The translations under genes were made by a program, and so were the position numbers. The notes beneath the pieces are model-generated. The model saw nothing but the letters and a program-made list of their open reading frames with translations. It did not search any database and had not been told where the DNA came from. This document shows, piece by piece, positions 33,601 to 46,591 of a DNA stretch of 64,000 nt (position 1 is its first letter; each line of letters opens with the position of its first letter). The stretch is from Klebsormidium nitens (lineage: Eukaryota; Plantae; Klebsormidiophyceae), in contig DF237393.1 of assembly GCA_000708835.1 (NCBI GenBank), positions 1 through 64,000 of the forward strand, given 5' to 3'.

Positions 33601-36600
33601 GGATACAAGAATTGGAAAATCGAAAATGAATTTGGAATTTATAAACTGCTTTCATACCCTAAGCTTGCCGCGGCAAGTAGAGCTAGTGGCGCAGTCGTGA
33701 AAGATTAAGTCGTCGATCTGCCCCTTTGTGAAGAGAGATGCTTCTGTAAGTTTACTGACTGCTTGCTTTTGCGAAGGTATGGGTTTGAGCATACAACACA
33801 CCTTTACCGAATCAAGTTCTAACCAGATAGCTCGAAAAGCTAACGTGCATAGCCTTCGATTAGCTGCTTGAAGTTCAAGGAGCTTGAACGAGAAGGAAGC
33901 AGATGCCTTAAAGTCAGCAGAAGTGGCTCCAGAACAAACCTCCTGGGAACATTGGTACAAGAATATCCTCACCTTGCAGCATCTCGTTGTTCATCTCCTG
34001 TCGCAGCGCCTCCATGTTGCTCTTCTGCGCGGCCACCTCCTTCTCCAACCGCGCGACTTTCTCCGCGCAATCCGCCTCAGCGTCCGCGCGCGCGCGCGCC
34101 GCGTAGTCCTCCACGTGCGCGTCCATGCGCGCGAGCTTCCGCCGCAGAAACGCCAGCTCCAACACCATGTCCAGGCCGCGGTCGCAGATCTGGAAGAGAC
34201 ACGGAAGGGATTCGTTTAGCCAGGAGCTATATGGAGTGCGCGTGAAAACGAGTATTCCTGCGACGAAGATTGAGTCAACCGATACAAAGGGGAGACAAAG
34301 GAGCTCTCACTACAGACACGTGTCTGTGTTGTTCCATTTGACATCTCCTACTACGGGATTGTTTTGTCCCGCATAGTGGTCCCCTGAATCAACAGAGCCT
34401 TTCGATACTTGCTCACCTCCGCTTCCCTGAGCGCTGTGCTCTGCCGCCTCTCGCGCTGCCTTTCCCAGTCCGTCAGCGCGCGATTCTCTTGCTGCGCGAC
34501 CAGACTGCGCGACAGCTCCTGCGCGCGCGCGTACAGCGCGGCCTGCACGATCTCCTGCTGCCGCTTCGCCTGGGACCGAAGAAAGGTAAGGAAGGTAAGT
34601 TCTTCAAACCTTGATGATTTCAAGGCAAAAGCCTTTCAAGATCACAAGTGCAGCTGATTAACGCGGAATCTTCCATTACCATGCGCCTTTCCACCGACAT
34701 CGTCTTAAAATAATCTCCTTCCGCGAAACGGACACTCTTCCCGTGAGTTCAGGTGCAGCTGCGATTGACGCGAGGTTTGTGAGCCATGGTTAAGGGGACT
34801 CATGAGCTCTACTAAATAATGAGTACAAGCTAGCAACGCATGAAGGGCTGTGTTTCGCTGTATCCTGGTACTTCCCATTTCCAGCAAAAGGCAGGGTTAC
34901 CAGTTCGCATCGACCAGGAACAGGTTTACCTGCGACCCCAGTCTCTCCACAAGTGCGCGCGCCGCCTCGCGCACTTTCCACTCCTTCCCCCCGCCTTCCT
35001 CGTCCTCTCTAACGGCGGCAACAACTCCAAGGCCAGGCCCGTCTGGTGTGAATACGCCCAGAGTGACCAGCTCTTCAACAAAGGCAGCCGTCTCGATACG
35101 GGGATCGAACGGTCCTTCCTGCTGGCTGCGATCGCGGCGACCCTTCGAGCGCAGCAGACTGGCGTGCTTGAGTTCCAGGGAGAGGGTGGTCGCCTCCAGG
35201 TGGTGGCGGTCGATGAGGTGCTTCATCTTCCACACCTACGACGAGCGGAAGTATGTTGTAAGGAAGACTTTGGTTCTCATTCTTTTACTGGGTGAGATAG
35301 GAAGGCAGCCCGGGCCCTTTTAATGGCCAAAACGCGATTGTACAGAGAATGAGGTCAGTAAACGCGTTCCGTTTTTCTCATGTCAGACCGCTTGTCAGAT
35401 CAGTGCTGCGGAAATCAACGCCCGGTTCCCGGACTACCCTTGTTTGATAAGAAGAGTCCTCTTGTTTTTGAAGACAAGAAAGGCCGTTTTAGATCCATAT
35501 GTACGGCCCCAACGGCCTAACACCAATCTGACAGCCACTGTCCGGATTGACAAGCAGTCTAGATGAGTACCTCTTTAAAGTCTTCTTCATTTGTTCCATA
35601 ATTGGAGGTCCGAATCATATAGGTAGGTACGAAATCAAGACAGCCAGCTCACTTCTGCCTCCATGCTGCTGATCTCCTTGGTCGCCGTGGCTGGCGGCCG
35701 CACGATGAGCCGCGCTCCGCCGTCCTTCGCACTCTCGAGAGCCTTCGCGGCCGCGAACGTGACATCACCCAGCGGCCGTACCACCAGCTTCTGGAACAGC
35801 TCCGCGCGCGCCATGTGCTCCGCTGACGTCAGCCCCGGGTCGCTCTGAAACCATCCCGGGAGCCGCAGCCGAATGCACTCTTGATAGGGGTTGGTGGACG
35901 GGGCTCGTCGCGAGTCTCGCGGAGCCAAGTCCAGGCTCTGTCTCCCGTTCGAAAGACTTTCGGACGTCCTTTTGCGGCCCTCCAGAGCGTCCGAGAGCGC
36001 AGCTTCGCCGTCCAGAAAGGCCGCCTTCATGTGGGTGTGAACGAGCCGCAGCTCCAGGTGGTAGGCCACCTTCGTGTTGACACGTGTCGGCATCGTAGAG
36101 GCATAGCCCCGATCGTCCCCCAGGGCTGTATCTAGAACGTGTTCCAATCTCTTATCTTCCACAACGATCAACTTCCGCTCTTCCTCAGACAGTGCGCCGA
36201 GGCTCAGCGCCCGCGCGGGCAGAAGCGCGCCGAGTAGCCACGTGTCCACTTTCGGGTTTGAGGGCTTAACCTCGCGCCGCGCGGTTTGCGGTCTGGCGGC
36301 CGTCCGGCTGACGGGCCGTGGGAGCTCGAAAGCGGCCGTTCCCTTCACCCCGACGAACGACTCATCGTCCATCGAAGTGCAGATGCTTCCCAACGCGTCT
36401 TCCCTGACCGCCCGGAGGAATGCCCCGACGTGCGTTGGAAGACGCTCCTCTTGCTCCGGTCTCTCTGACACGACCGCCGACAGTCTCAGCAGCCTCGCCG
36501 CCTCTCTCGCCGCGCCGTCTTTCCCCGCTTTCGTCAGCTGGTCGCGCGACGCCTGCAATACGAGCACGTGCCGCCAATACGCTATGGTGCGCTTCAGCTG

Positions 36601-39600
36601 CAAAAGGGACACGGCCGCCCTGCCGCCTGACTTCATCCGCACGTGCTCCGCCTCCTCTTTCAGGGCGCTAACCTCCCCCCAGAAGATCGACCGACACTTC
36701 TGCGCGGCCGCGAGCGCCTGCTCGCGCGCCGCGGCCGCGATCGCGCCCGTCAATTTCACTTGCGGCCCCCCCGGAGACGGCGACTCAACCTTCGGGAGCG
36801 CCAGCGAAATCGTCGCCCACCTGATGCGAAGAATGTCCGCGACCGCGCCGACTGCCTCGATGCCCTCGCCGATCTCCGAAACCCCCAAACCCCGCACGGC
36901 CGCCAACCGAAGCGCCTCGAGCGGGCTGTAACACGCCCAGACGTGCGCGAGCTTTCCGCTGTCGTCCAGCAAGTACAGCCCAAAACGGCGGTGGCCATCT
37001 AAGACCGGGTCCCGTTGCCCAAAGTCTTCGGCTTTTTTGGCATACTTTGGCGTGGGGCACGCCATAAGGAGAGGCCCTTTAGGCAATGGAAACGCACCCT
37101 GGCCGCCTGTATCGGCGTCGAGCCCGGCTTCAAAAAGGCCCGAGCCCGACCAATCGTGAATGTCTTGGAAGTCTAAGGCTGCTTGTTTCAAGATTGCCGG
37201 GCTGGAAAAGAAAGGGTGCGAACCGCTGGTAAGCGCGCCGTGCGATACAAAGCTGCCGGGATGCGCCTCCCCGGTTTGACTAACCGTCAGAAGCAGCTTC
37301 CCCAAACGGTCCATCTGCTCGGCCAATTCGGAAGCGCGGCAAAAGGGCGCCAGTTCTTGGAACACTGACTTGACGTACTCTTCGATCAGCTCCGCCTTCA
37401 GGTCCGCTTTCGCTTTTCGCAAATTCACCCCGACCCCCTTCTTCTGCATTACCTGCTGCAGCTTTCTGGTGTACGAATCCAACACCCCGATCCGCACCTG
37501 GTTCTTGACCTTATTCACCGACAGAAACAAGTCGGCCAGTTCCTCCGTTATCCTCTCCCGGTAGTCCGTCACCTCTATTTCCTGATCCGGCCGCAGCCCC
37601 GCCGGGGGCTTCTCCTTCCATCCCCGGGACGGCGACCTCAACAGCTGTTGCTTCGCCTCCAGCGTCGCTTCAAAATCGCCCCATCCAGCCGTCGTGGGCG
37701 GCGGCCCCATTTGCGCCATCACCACTTCCGTTTCGTTTTCGCGCAGAAGCGACCGGCTCTTGTGGTGCACGCAGCGGAGGATTTTGGCGAGCAGGATTCC
37801 GTTGCTCCGGACCGCGACAGACAGGGCGGAGCTGTGCGCGAGCTGCGCTTGGACCGCGAGTCGCAGCCGCGAGGCGCCGTCGGCTGACGTCAGCAGCGCC
37901 TGCACGCCCGCCGGCGTGTGGAAGTCCAGCTCGAGGAGATCAAGGTCAAGCTCCGCGACAGCGGGCTTGGGGCCCCTGTGACGCAACAGTGACAACGGAC
38001 GTCAGCGCACTTGTGCGTCAGCAGAAATGTTGGTGTAGAGAATGTCGGATGCAAGCTGAGCGGTACTCTTGGGCGACTGCAAGTTTGACACTACGTATAG
38101 CAAGCTCACGTTCTGAAGCGGATGTTTTCATGAAAGGTTACCCCAGATGCAGCCAGTACCCGGAAGAAGAGCAAACGACAGGCTGAAGTGCTTCCAAGCA
38201 CCTTGAAGTGCTGTGATTTTCAGAATTCCGCTGGATGCCCTCTCTTTTCAGAGCTTGCAGGCAGTCTTCGCATCGTTGCATATTCCTCACACATACCTGC
38301 AATCCAGCCTCCCCATAAGTCCCTTTCTCACCTGACCGTCGCGTCAGTCTTTGGTTCCACATCCTCCGGGGGCATCCTGGTCTCCCCTTCCAGATCCCGG
38401 AGCACTCTCGCCGGTTTCCCCGCCACCCCCATCCCGTCCTGGATCAACAGCGGTTCCAGCGAGTGCCCATCCACCGCGATCCCAAGCGCCAGCGCCTGCG
38501 CCTTGTAAACACCCTCCAAATTCTCGCTCTCCTCGAGCGCGCGCACGAGCGCGACCCGCAGCCGCTGCAGCTCGAGCGCGCGCGCCGCCACGTCGGCCGA
38601 CGCGGCCGGGGCCGCCTCGCCGTGATAGCTTACCGCTGGCGCGGCCACGTTGTTCGGTGAGAATGCCCCCTGGGACGTGTTCACAGCCAGGCTGTCTTGA
38701 ACAATGCTCCCGCTGCGCGCGAGGGCGGAGAGAGGCGGCCGCGGGCCCGCCACGCTGGCGGACGACGGCCGGCTCCGCTCCGGCGAAGTTTCCGGAACCC
38801 CAAAACCCGCGAAGTGCGGCTCGGTCGCGGCGCGCGCGCGGCCGCCGAACGCCTCGTTGCCCGGCAGGCTGAGATGAGTGACCGGGAAACGGCCCTTCTG
38901 CTCCGGGGAGAGGGCCGTCGGGGTCATGCACACTCTGTCGAACTGGTCCTGTTCGCTTAGGGAGGGACTCGCCGGGCCCGTTAGGTACGACGTCACAATG
39001 GCGTCGAGAGCGGTTGGGTTGTCCATGATGAGCGACTCCTTCAAGTGGTCGGGCTGCGCGCTGGAGGCGAACGAGGGAGGCTCGTAGCCGGGTACCTGCA
39101 AGATGAAGATGGAGGGGATGCTTCGGAAACCTCATTCAAAGGCCAATTATCGTTGTTGTATGTAGCTCTGAAACGCACGGAAAGGCTCAGAGCATGTATC
39201 AAATCAGGTGCGCTGCGCTAAGAGCTACATGCATAGAGACGTTTAACGGGTTACTCCAATGTTGACGGAAGACCAGCAAAACAAAAGCCCGTTCGGCGCA
39301 GGTACAAAAACATTCTGTTCTCATTTCAAATAAGTAAAAGGGATCAAATGTAGTCCGTCGGGGGAGCTCTTACTGCACGGCATATGGCCAACGGCAGAAT
39401 CCGAAATGATTTGGATCCTCACCAGCCCTTTCCTAATCCGCGGCTCTTCGGCCAACGCTTCCCACAGCTCGGACGTTCGTTGCAGGACGAGCGTCCGGAG
39501 CGCGCGGCGGGCGCGCGCGTAATCCTCCATCTCCAGCTGCCGGGCCAATTGCTCGACGGTGGTACGGACCGCTTTGATGACGTCGCCCACCAGGGAGACG

Positions 39601-42600
39601 CTCGAGAAAGGCGCTCCGCCCGAGAGAGCTGACGTGGAGGCGAGGGGGCAGGGGAGACCGACGGAGGAGGAGTCGTCGTAACCTGGCAAATGATGGTGGT
39701 TAGTGGGGAGGCGCGGAGACACAAATCATCGGTGTAATAGGCTCGGAACCTGTGACTCTCTCACTTGCAGGTACGCGGAAAAAGGGGCTTCAAGATAGCT
39801 AAAAGCAGAACAAAAGTGTAGATTAGCTGAGAGTAGTTGCTTAGATGGCAAATTGGTTGATAAGACTGGCGGTTGGAAAGAAATGTTGCTTCCTGTTCAG
39901 ACACAGCTTCGCGAATGTGTAACGTGGCCACATTTGCAGCAGAATGATTGAAAGTACACAAAAGAAGTCTTCTGAGCATCGGTCTACGCCACCAGAACCG
40001 GTTGAAACAGCTCCGAAGTCTTGCTCCAAACAATGACCCGCACCAGTGCTCGGAAAGCCACTCAAAACAAGTTAAGATTTTTGAGTCACTTCAAGCCGCT
40101 TACCTTCCCCCAAAGATAAGGCCATAATCTGCTTCTCCCGTTCAATCTGTGCCTGCCGTACACTTCTCACGATCTGAACATTGTGCGTCAGGACCGCCGT
40201 CTCGTCGACGTAGACTTGCCGGAAGCTGCCGCCTTGCCCCACGGAGTCCGGAGCGAACGATGGCCGCATGGCAACGACGCCAAGAATCTCCGCCCGCAGG
40301 CGAGCAGCGCCGTTCGGAGAGCTGGACGAAAACGAAGGGTCCCAGATCAAAGGCCAGCTCGTTAGCTGAGATATAAATTTGGGGGCTAAGCCCGAGACAA
40401 AGGAACCTTCAGTGAGACGACGGAGCAAGAAACCAATTCTCAGAAGAGGAACAAGCGTAAAGATCCAAGAGACCTGATCAATTGACGTGTGAGAAGATTC
40501 ATATACGCACGCACATATGACAAGCACCCGGGTTCTCAAATCCTCCAGATGCTTCGAGGGTGAAATATCAGCTTCTGTTCCTTCCGGCTCAATGTGTCAA
40601 TGATCTTGTAGTTAGTCCCCTGAGATCACCCCTTTTCCGCTCGGCAAGACAGTCGGAGAATCAATGATTTGAGTGTGAATGGATATCCAGGCTTTTTGAG
40701 GCCTAGTAAGTATGGCATACGACGCAGCACTGACCTGAGGGCATGCTGGTAGGCCGCAAAGAGAGACATGACCAGGTCCAGCTTTGCCGACATGTGCTGC
40801 GTCTCTAGTTCGAGAAATTCCAGCAACACCGCCCGCCTGTCAAACGCCCTGCAGGAAATGGCAGCTTGCTTATTCAGGTTGGATAGCAAGGTCTTTCTTC
40901 ACACTGCTGGTGTTACGGAATAATCGTCCATGTCCTTCATACGTCCGATATAGAAACCCTATCTTGCACCCCTGTCAAGGATGAACTACATGCCAGACAG
41001 CTCGATCCTTCTTTATGTAAGGAGAGAGTAGATAACATACAATTTTCAGCAGCCAGGAACGCTGATACAAAACGTGCTTCTGGGAGGTTCTTTCATCAAA
41101 TTCAATCCACATGCGCTTGACTGGCCGTCCAATTTGCGGCAACCTCAGGCGGTCTTCTTCTTTCTCACATTTTTGGCATCGAAGGATAAACGTCGCTGTC
41201 AGCTTCAAGGAACCCCGTACCAGTCAGTACCAGCCAAAACCAAGTGCCGCTCGTGTGAGAGGATTGCAAAAGAATGAGAACACGAGAAAACGCAATCACA
41301 ACTGTTTCACCCGAGCGCGAATGCTGATAAGGTCATAAAGAGGTAGAAAGATCTCAGAGCTTAGATGCTGGCACTTTGTCAACAACGTACCTTCTATCTT
41401 CTGCTGAGTCCGCCGCGGCAGCCTCGATTTGCTCCATTCCTCGAAAGATTGCACCGGTTGCAATTTTCTGGATTTCCACCATCAGCTCCTCAAACCGCGC
41501 GAGTGCGTCGGCGTAAACGACCCGCACGCCTCTCCCGTCTTTCACTATTTGACAGCCCAGAACCGCGTCAAATTCGTACATGTCGTCCCACTCAGAAGAC
41601 TTGCGTTCCTGGCTTGAATTGTCGTCCGCTCTTTCGGCGGCCCCGGCCTCCTGCTTGCTATTGTGGCCATTGCTGGCCCCCTTCGATCGTTCAACGTCCG
41701 AACGTCTCGATGGCCGCTTGCTGACGTCACCTTCGTCCGCATCACTTCCACTGGAGGCTCCGGAGTATCTTCGGCTGGCATCTGACCGGTGCGTCTCCCC
41801 TCCCTCTCCTTGGTAAACAGCCGAAAAGTTTCTGCCTCCCGAGACTGTTCGGTTCCTCGAATTGTGGCCACTACTAGTTCCGCCTCCGTCCAGATTAAGC
41901 CCGGAGCTTCTTCCCGGGCGGAACGGCGCCGGCATATCTTCCGACTCCGGGAGAGAAGCTACCGGCGACTCTGACTTCATAAACCGGTCCACGAGTTTCC
42001 GCATCTCTACCTGCACCTGCGCTACCTTAGCCGCCTCCGGCCTGCACTCCCGTCGGAAGTCTTCCGCCAGCCGCTTTTGAACGGAATGAAAGACGTTCAC
42101 CGAATGCAACAATCGCAGCTTGAGCCGCCGCGACTTGAGCAACTGCAGAATGTACAGCGTCTCCAGTTTCCTGCTCGGCATTGTAACTTTCACCCCTTCC
42201 CCTGCCGTTTCCTCAACCGATTCCGCTACGCTCGATTCCGCCGGCGTCATGGGCCTCGAGCTGCTGACGTCTTTCGACGTCTTTCTACCGGGAGCCTTTG
42301 CCGGCGGCTTGTTCGGCAGCGTTTCCGCGCGCGCGCGGCCGCTCACCGGCCGCGACCGGTCGCCTTTCTTAGGGGAATTTGGGGAGGCGAGCGTCGCGGA
42401 CCGGTCGCGCTCGGCTTCCTGGATCTGGAGGGGTTTTGGGGGTTTGGGCGCATCCGTGTCCTCGCGCACCTTCTGAGCCGCGGCCGCGACCTTGGCGCTC
42501 TGCAGAAACTGCTGCTTCAACTCTTCGACCCCGGCAGTTGCCGCTAGGCGGCTGTGCAGCTTGGCGAGCTCTTGCAACCGCGCCGAAACGTCATCGCGGG

Positions 42601-45600
42601 AGGAGACCCCGAGGAACTCGATCTCCGCTCGGAGAGCCGTGTCGACGTCTTTTACGCTCTTCAACCAGGCCACGTGGCCGGGCATATGCGCCCAGCCCGG
42701 GGGAGCCATCACCGACCGCAAGAGCTCGTCCTCTGGGCTGACGTCTTTTGACTCGTTGGCGCTCTCTTTTGCGATTGGGAGAAGCGACTGCGCGGGTATT
42801 GGAGTGACATTAGTGGCCGCACTGTGGCTTACGTCGAGGAACGAGTTGTTCGTCGACAAGCCGCCAGCTCTATGCGTTTCCACCGCAAACGCGTCAGTTT
42901 CCCGCACAAGGTAGAACGCTTCCCGCTCGAACTCCTCGGAGTTTTCAACCGGTTGCTCTTCCGTGTTTCTCACTCCCGGAAAAGCGACCGGGTAGGGCTC
43001 CAACCGTGTCCTCTTCTCCTGTGCCTCGAAAAGCTCCGGAAAGGAGTCTTTCACGCGCATGAGCAGCTGAGTCCCCTGCGCTTCCAGCGAGTCACTCGGC
43101 CTTTCCTCGGCGCTTCCTCGGTTGTCAATGCTTGTATCAGACCGTGCGCATTCCGTCTCGAAACCAAACTCACTTGCGAGTCCCCCTAGGCTTGCTTCCA
43201 CCTCTTCTAACGTGGCCGGCTGCCGTGGAAGCCCCTCAAACCCCTGGCTTGTCTCCGCTGCTTTCCGCTCCCTCTCCTCCGTTAGGTTCCGGCGGACTTC
43301 CTCCGCGAGCCGCCTCCCATCCGAGACGGGCAGCCACTCGAGCCGCTTCAGCAGCTGCCGGGTGCGCCGGCCGCAAGCTTGCTCGTACGTCCGGAACTTG
43401 AGCATCTCGCGCAAGTCCTCTGCGAAAGCCTCCTCGCCTTCTTCCGATAGTGGCTCCTTGAAGTCCCACCGGGACAGACTGGGGCTGCTAAGGGGGCTGC
43501 GCACAGGCGGAGAGACAGGGGAGCGGGCTGCTTGCGAGGGGACTTGCGCGCGCATTCTTTCCAGACGGATGCAGGCTGCAGACGCCTTTTCGATTGCGGA
43601 TTCGTACCAGCTGGCTTGGGCTTGGAAGGCGTCGAAGATGACGGGAGAGAGGTCCGTCTCTGGTTCTGAAAAATGGCAGATAGAGCCCGTCGAATAAGAA
43701 ACAGCGGTAAAATTTCTGCAGGTGACGGAAGAGAGGTCCGTCACTGGTGCTCAAAAGTGCAGATAGAGCCCCGTCAGATAAGAAGCAGCGGTAATATTTC
43801 TGCACTTTGTCATCTCTGAGGGATTCTCGTAAGCGTCAAATCCATAGGCTAATGCACACCTTCCGTCCTCAAACGCACATATTGAACTCAAGTCAGGGTT
43901 TACGTGAGAAGATTTGTTGTACATTCGGCTGTTCTGCCTGATGGCGCTTCAAAAACGGACATCCTGCAGATCAGTAGAACCTATGACCATCTCCAGAACA
44001 AGCTCAAAGAGCCAAGGTCGCTCACGTGCTGCCAGAGTGGTGAAGTGCCGCACACACTGGGCGTGCATGACTCGCAGGCTGCTGAGCCTGCTCCGCATGA
44101 ACTCGCGCACCTCGTCTTGTAACTGTTTGCCAGAAACCGGACTCCGATACGCCTCCACCTGTCCAGCGTGGAAACGACGGTTACCTTCACTTTGCAACTC
44201 ATACGTTAAAAGGAGCAACTTACGAACCTAGACGGAGTTTTGATGCAATCCTGATGAGTGTTTCATATCACATGCTGTGTACTTAGGATAAAAGCCCAAT
44301 GCGCAGACTCATCAGCTGCTTGATTTCCGGCAGGCAGTGAAAACAGTATGATGATCGTATCATGGCCGCTTATGTAGCTTTTGGTTCCGAAAGACGCCTA
44401 CGGGTGCGTTGCAGACTGTGCAGAGCGGACAGCTGCGGACTGACGGACCAAGATGGTATTGCAGCGCCAATCAAGCTTGAAGTCGTATCTCAGTACCCCA
44501 GGCTGGCGGTCTTAGGAATGCCAGGCAAGACCAGCTGTTCTAAGTTACCCCCTAATCAGTCCCCGTTCCCTGCTCTGCATCCATAAGCATAAACTGTCTC
44601 GCACACGGCCGGTTCCAGGTGGTTAGAAGAATTTGTCCAGAAGGACAAATGTTGTTGGTACATCAAGCAAGGCAATGAAAAGGGACGTCGGGACCAACCT
44701 GCTGCCAGAGCCTTTCGTGCAGTGGCCTTGCGACGCATGGCAGGGGCGCTGCCGTGAGCGCCTCCTGCCTGTGCCTCCTGTCGGCTCTGCACCGCTCCAC
44801 AAGGTTGCCCTCCCTGGCAACTTCGGTGGAGAAGCCATTAGCCCCCCGACTCTGCGCGGGTGTTCCTGCGCTGGGCAGCCGGAAGGCCCCACCGGAAGCC
44901 TGGCAGGTGGTAATCAAGCTTCAGTGTTCCTGTTTGATCCCCTTGTCACAGGACTGAAGTCCTAATTCTGAAAGAACATGCATGGGATCAAGTGCACGTT
45001 GGCATCTGCAAGCCTTTTAAAATAGTAAGTGGTTAAGCAACAGGCTTCGCAAAGCACCTGGAAGCTGGTACTCAAGGCCTCAGGGGCTCGTCAAGTCGGC
45101 GAGCCTCTGGAAGATGTTGCTCGAGAACAAGGTGTCACCGTATTGAAGGAGAGAGCGCAGAATCTTAAAAGTACTCACCTTCTTGGGAGAGCCATGAAGT
45201 GCTAGCAGCTCCTCCCGCTGCACAAGGAGCTGCCCCGGCCTGGCCTCATACCCCTCCGCATCGGGGGTGGCAACAAAGCTGCCAAGGCTGCGGCAAAAAT
45301 GCTGTTTGTTAGCTAGCACTCCGCCGTAAATGCATGTGGCGGCTCTGAGTACGTGAAAAGTGGGTGGTGTAGGCACAGCGCTTTGCCGTGTCTTAGGCAG
45401 AGCCCCGTAAACCAAAACTTCACAGACGACTGAGGTTAGACATCAATGCTGGGAGGACTTACTGCTGTATGCTAGGCTCACCAATGCTGAATGGCGCTAC
45501 TTGAAGATCAGGGGATAAGGCAATGTCTTGCTTGCACAAACGAAGGCCTGCGATTACCTCTGTGTTAGAAGTACCTGACTTTGGACTCGCAAATGCAGCT

Positions 45601-45920
45601 AGGCAAGCCTTCCATGGGCCTCCCCACAGCAATGTGAGCGCTCCTCGCTTAGGCCAGATTTCAATCAAATGCCAGAAAACCAACAAATGCTCCCGGCCAA
45701 CAGCAAGAATTCTCAATGTAACAGCATCAGAAAAAAAATTCATCTGGTACCAACAAGGGTGCCTAGGAGGAGGGAAAAAAATTGCGATCCACGACTTCCT
45801 AATTTGGCCATCTATCTAGGTCAGGTTCTTAAAATCTGCATATCTGCTTCTTTGACCAGAAGAGAGACCTTACCTTGTTGCAAGGTCCACATCCAGCTGG
45901 TCTAGCTTGTCGTGCGGCAT
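30686..45920 (-). CDS. Very large multi-exon coiled-coil protein resembling the CCDC162/DUF4549 family (5' end tentative)
   Basis: A chain of minus-strand exon-like ORFs with splice signals: 43949-44218, 41354-43665, 40626-40889, 38328-39101, 35635-37995, 34897-35235, 34351-34623, 33914-34168, 33381-33608, 32443-32817, 32115-32465, 31730-31912 and 30686-~31290. The blocks LQLLKSRRLKLRLLHSVNVFHSVQKRL, QIVKDGRGVRVVYADALARFEELMVEI and FDRRAVLLEFLELETQHMSAKLDLVMSLFAAYQH recall CCDC162-type proteins from memory. The C-terminus is heptad-rich. A candidate start ATG at 45918-45920 reads MPHDKLDQLDVDLA. It could be more than one gene. Confidence 0.55.
43637..43804. repeat. 84-nt tandem duplication spanning a 3' splice site
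   Basis: 43637-43720 and 43721-43804 are diverged copies (GAGAGGTCCGTC...GCAGATAGAGCCC...ATAAGAA.CAGCGGTAA.ATTTCTGCA). Confidence 0.85.
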
Positions 45921-46336
45921 TGTTGACGCCGGCTGCTTATAAAAGCACACAGAAGCTAGGTCCTATGTAGTTTTGACCCCATTTTTTCGCTCTTTTGCAG
46001 ATGCGCTGAGACTCCGGAGTCACGTATCAAACAGCTTGAATGCCCTTTGCTTCCAGGTTCCAGGCTGTTGAGCTTTTTGAGCTCCTACTCTACAGTCCAA
46101 GGACGACATTGCATGATGCAGCGCCCGAGACTCTACAATTTTGGCTCCTTTCAAACAAGACAGGCTGTAGGAAGCTCTGATCTCAGCATGCTTTATAAGG
46201 CTTCTTCGAAACAATCAGAGCTTCCGGTGTCGATCATTGACTTAAGATAGAAGCTGCGCATTGCTACATTCAACGCCTACTTTAAATGATAAAGGAGCTC
46301 GGCGAAATTAAAAGTGCCTGCACACACCCAACATGA

Positions 46337-46591
46337 CATCTGCAGCCTGCTGGTCAGGTGAGTCATCTGCAGCCTGCAGCCTGCTCGAGTCGGATGTCTA
46401 GAGAGGTCCAGGAGACCGTGAGCACGGGCAGGGCTGAGGGCTACCGTACCAGGCTGGCATGGTCACCGCATCCTATACTACCAGGTACCTACCTCATGCA
46501 ATAGGTACATATGTACGGTTCACTATTGAATCATTGCGGGCACGAACATGTACCCATGTACACATGTACCTGGACTCCTGGACCTGGAGTC
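46337..46591. repeat. GTAC/CATG-rich cluster of short direct and inverted repeats
   Basis: CATCTGCAGCCTGC at 46337 and 46364; GTCCAGGAG 46406-46414 / CTCCTGGAC 46575-46583; GTACCTA 46485-46491 / TAGGTAC 46502-46508; palindrome GTACATATGTAC 46505-46516; CATGTAC three times at 8-nt period 46547-46569; GACTCC/GGAGTC 46573-46591. Confidence 0.6.

Noticed and set aside
31416-43805. Numerous plus-strand and alternative-frame ORFs over the large minus-strand gene; similar ones overlap 1-3280, 7245-9191 and NAA15
   Set aside because: These are Arg/Ala/Pro-rich antisense shadows of GC-rich exons with no independent motifs.
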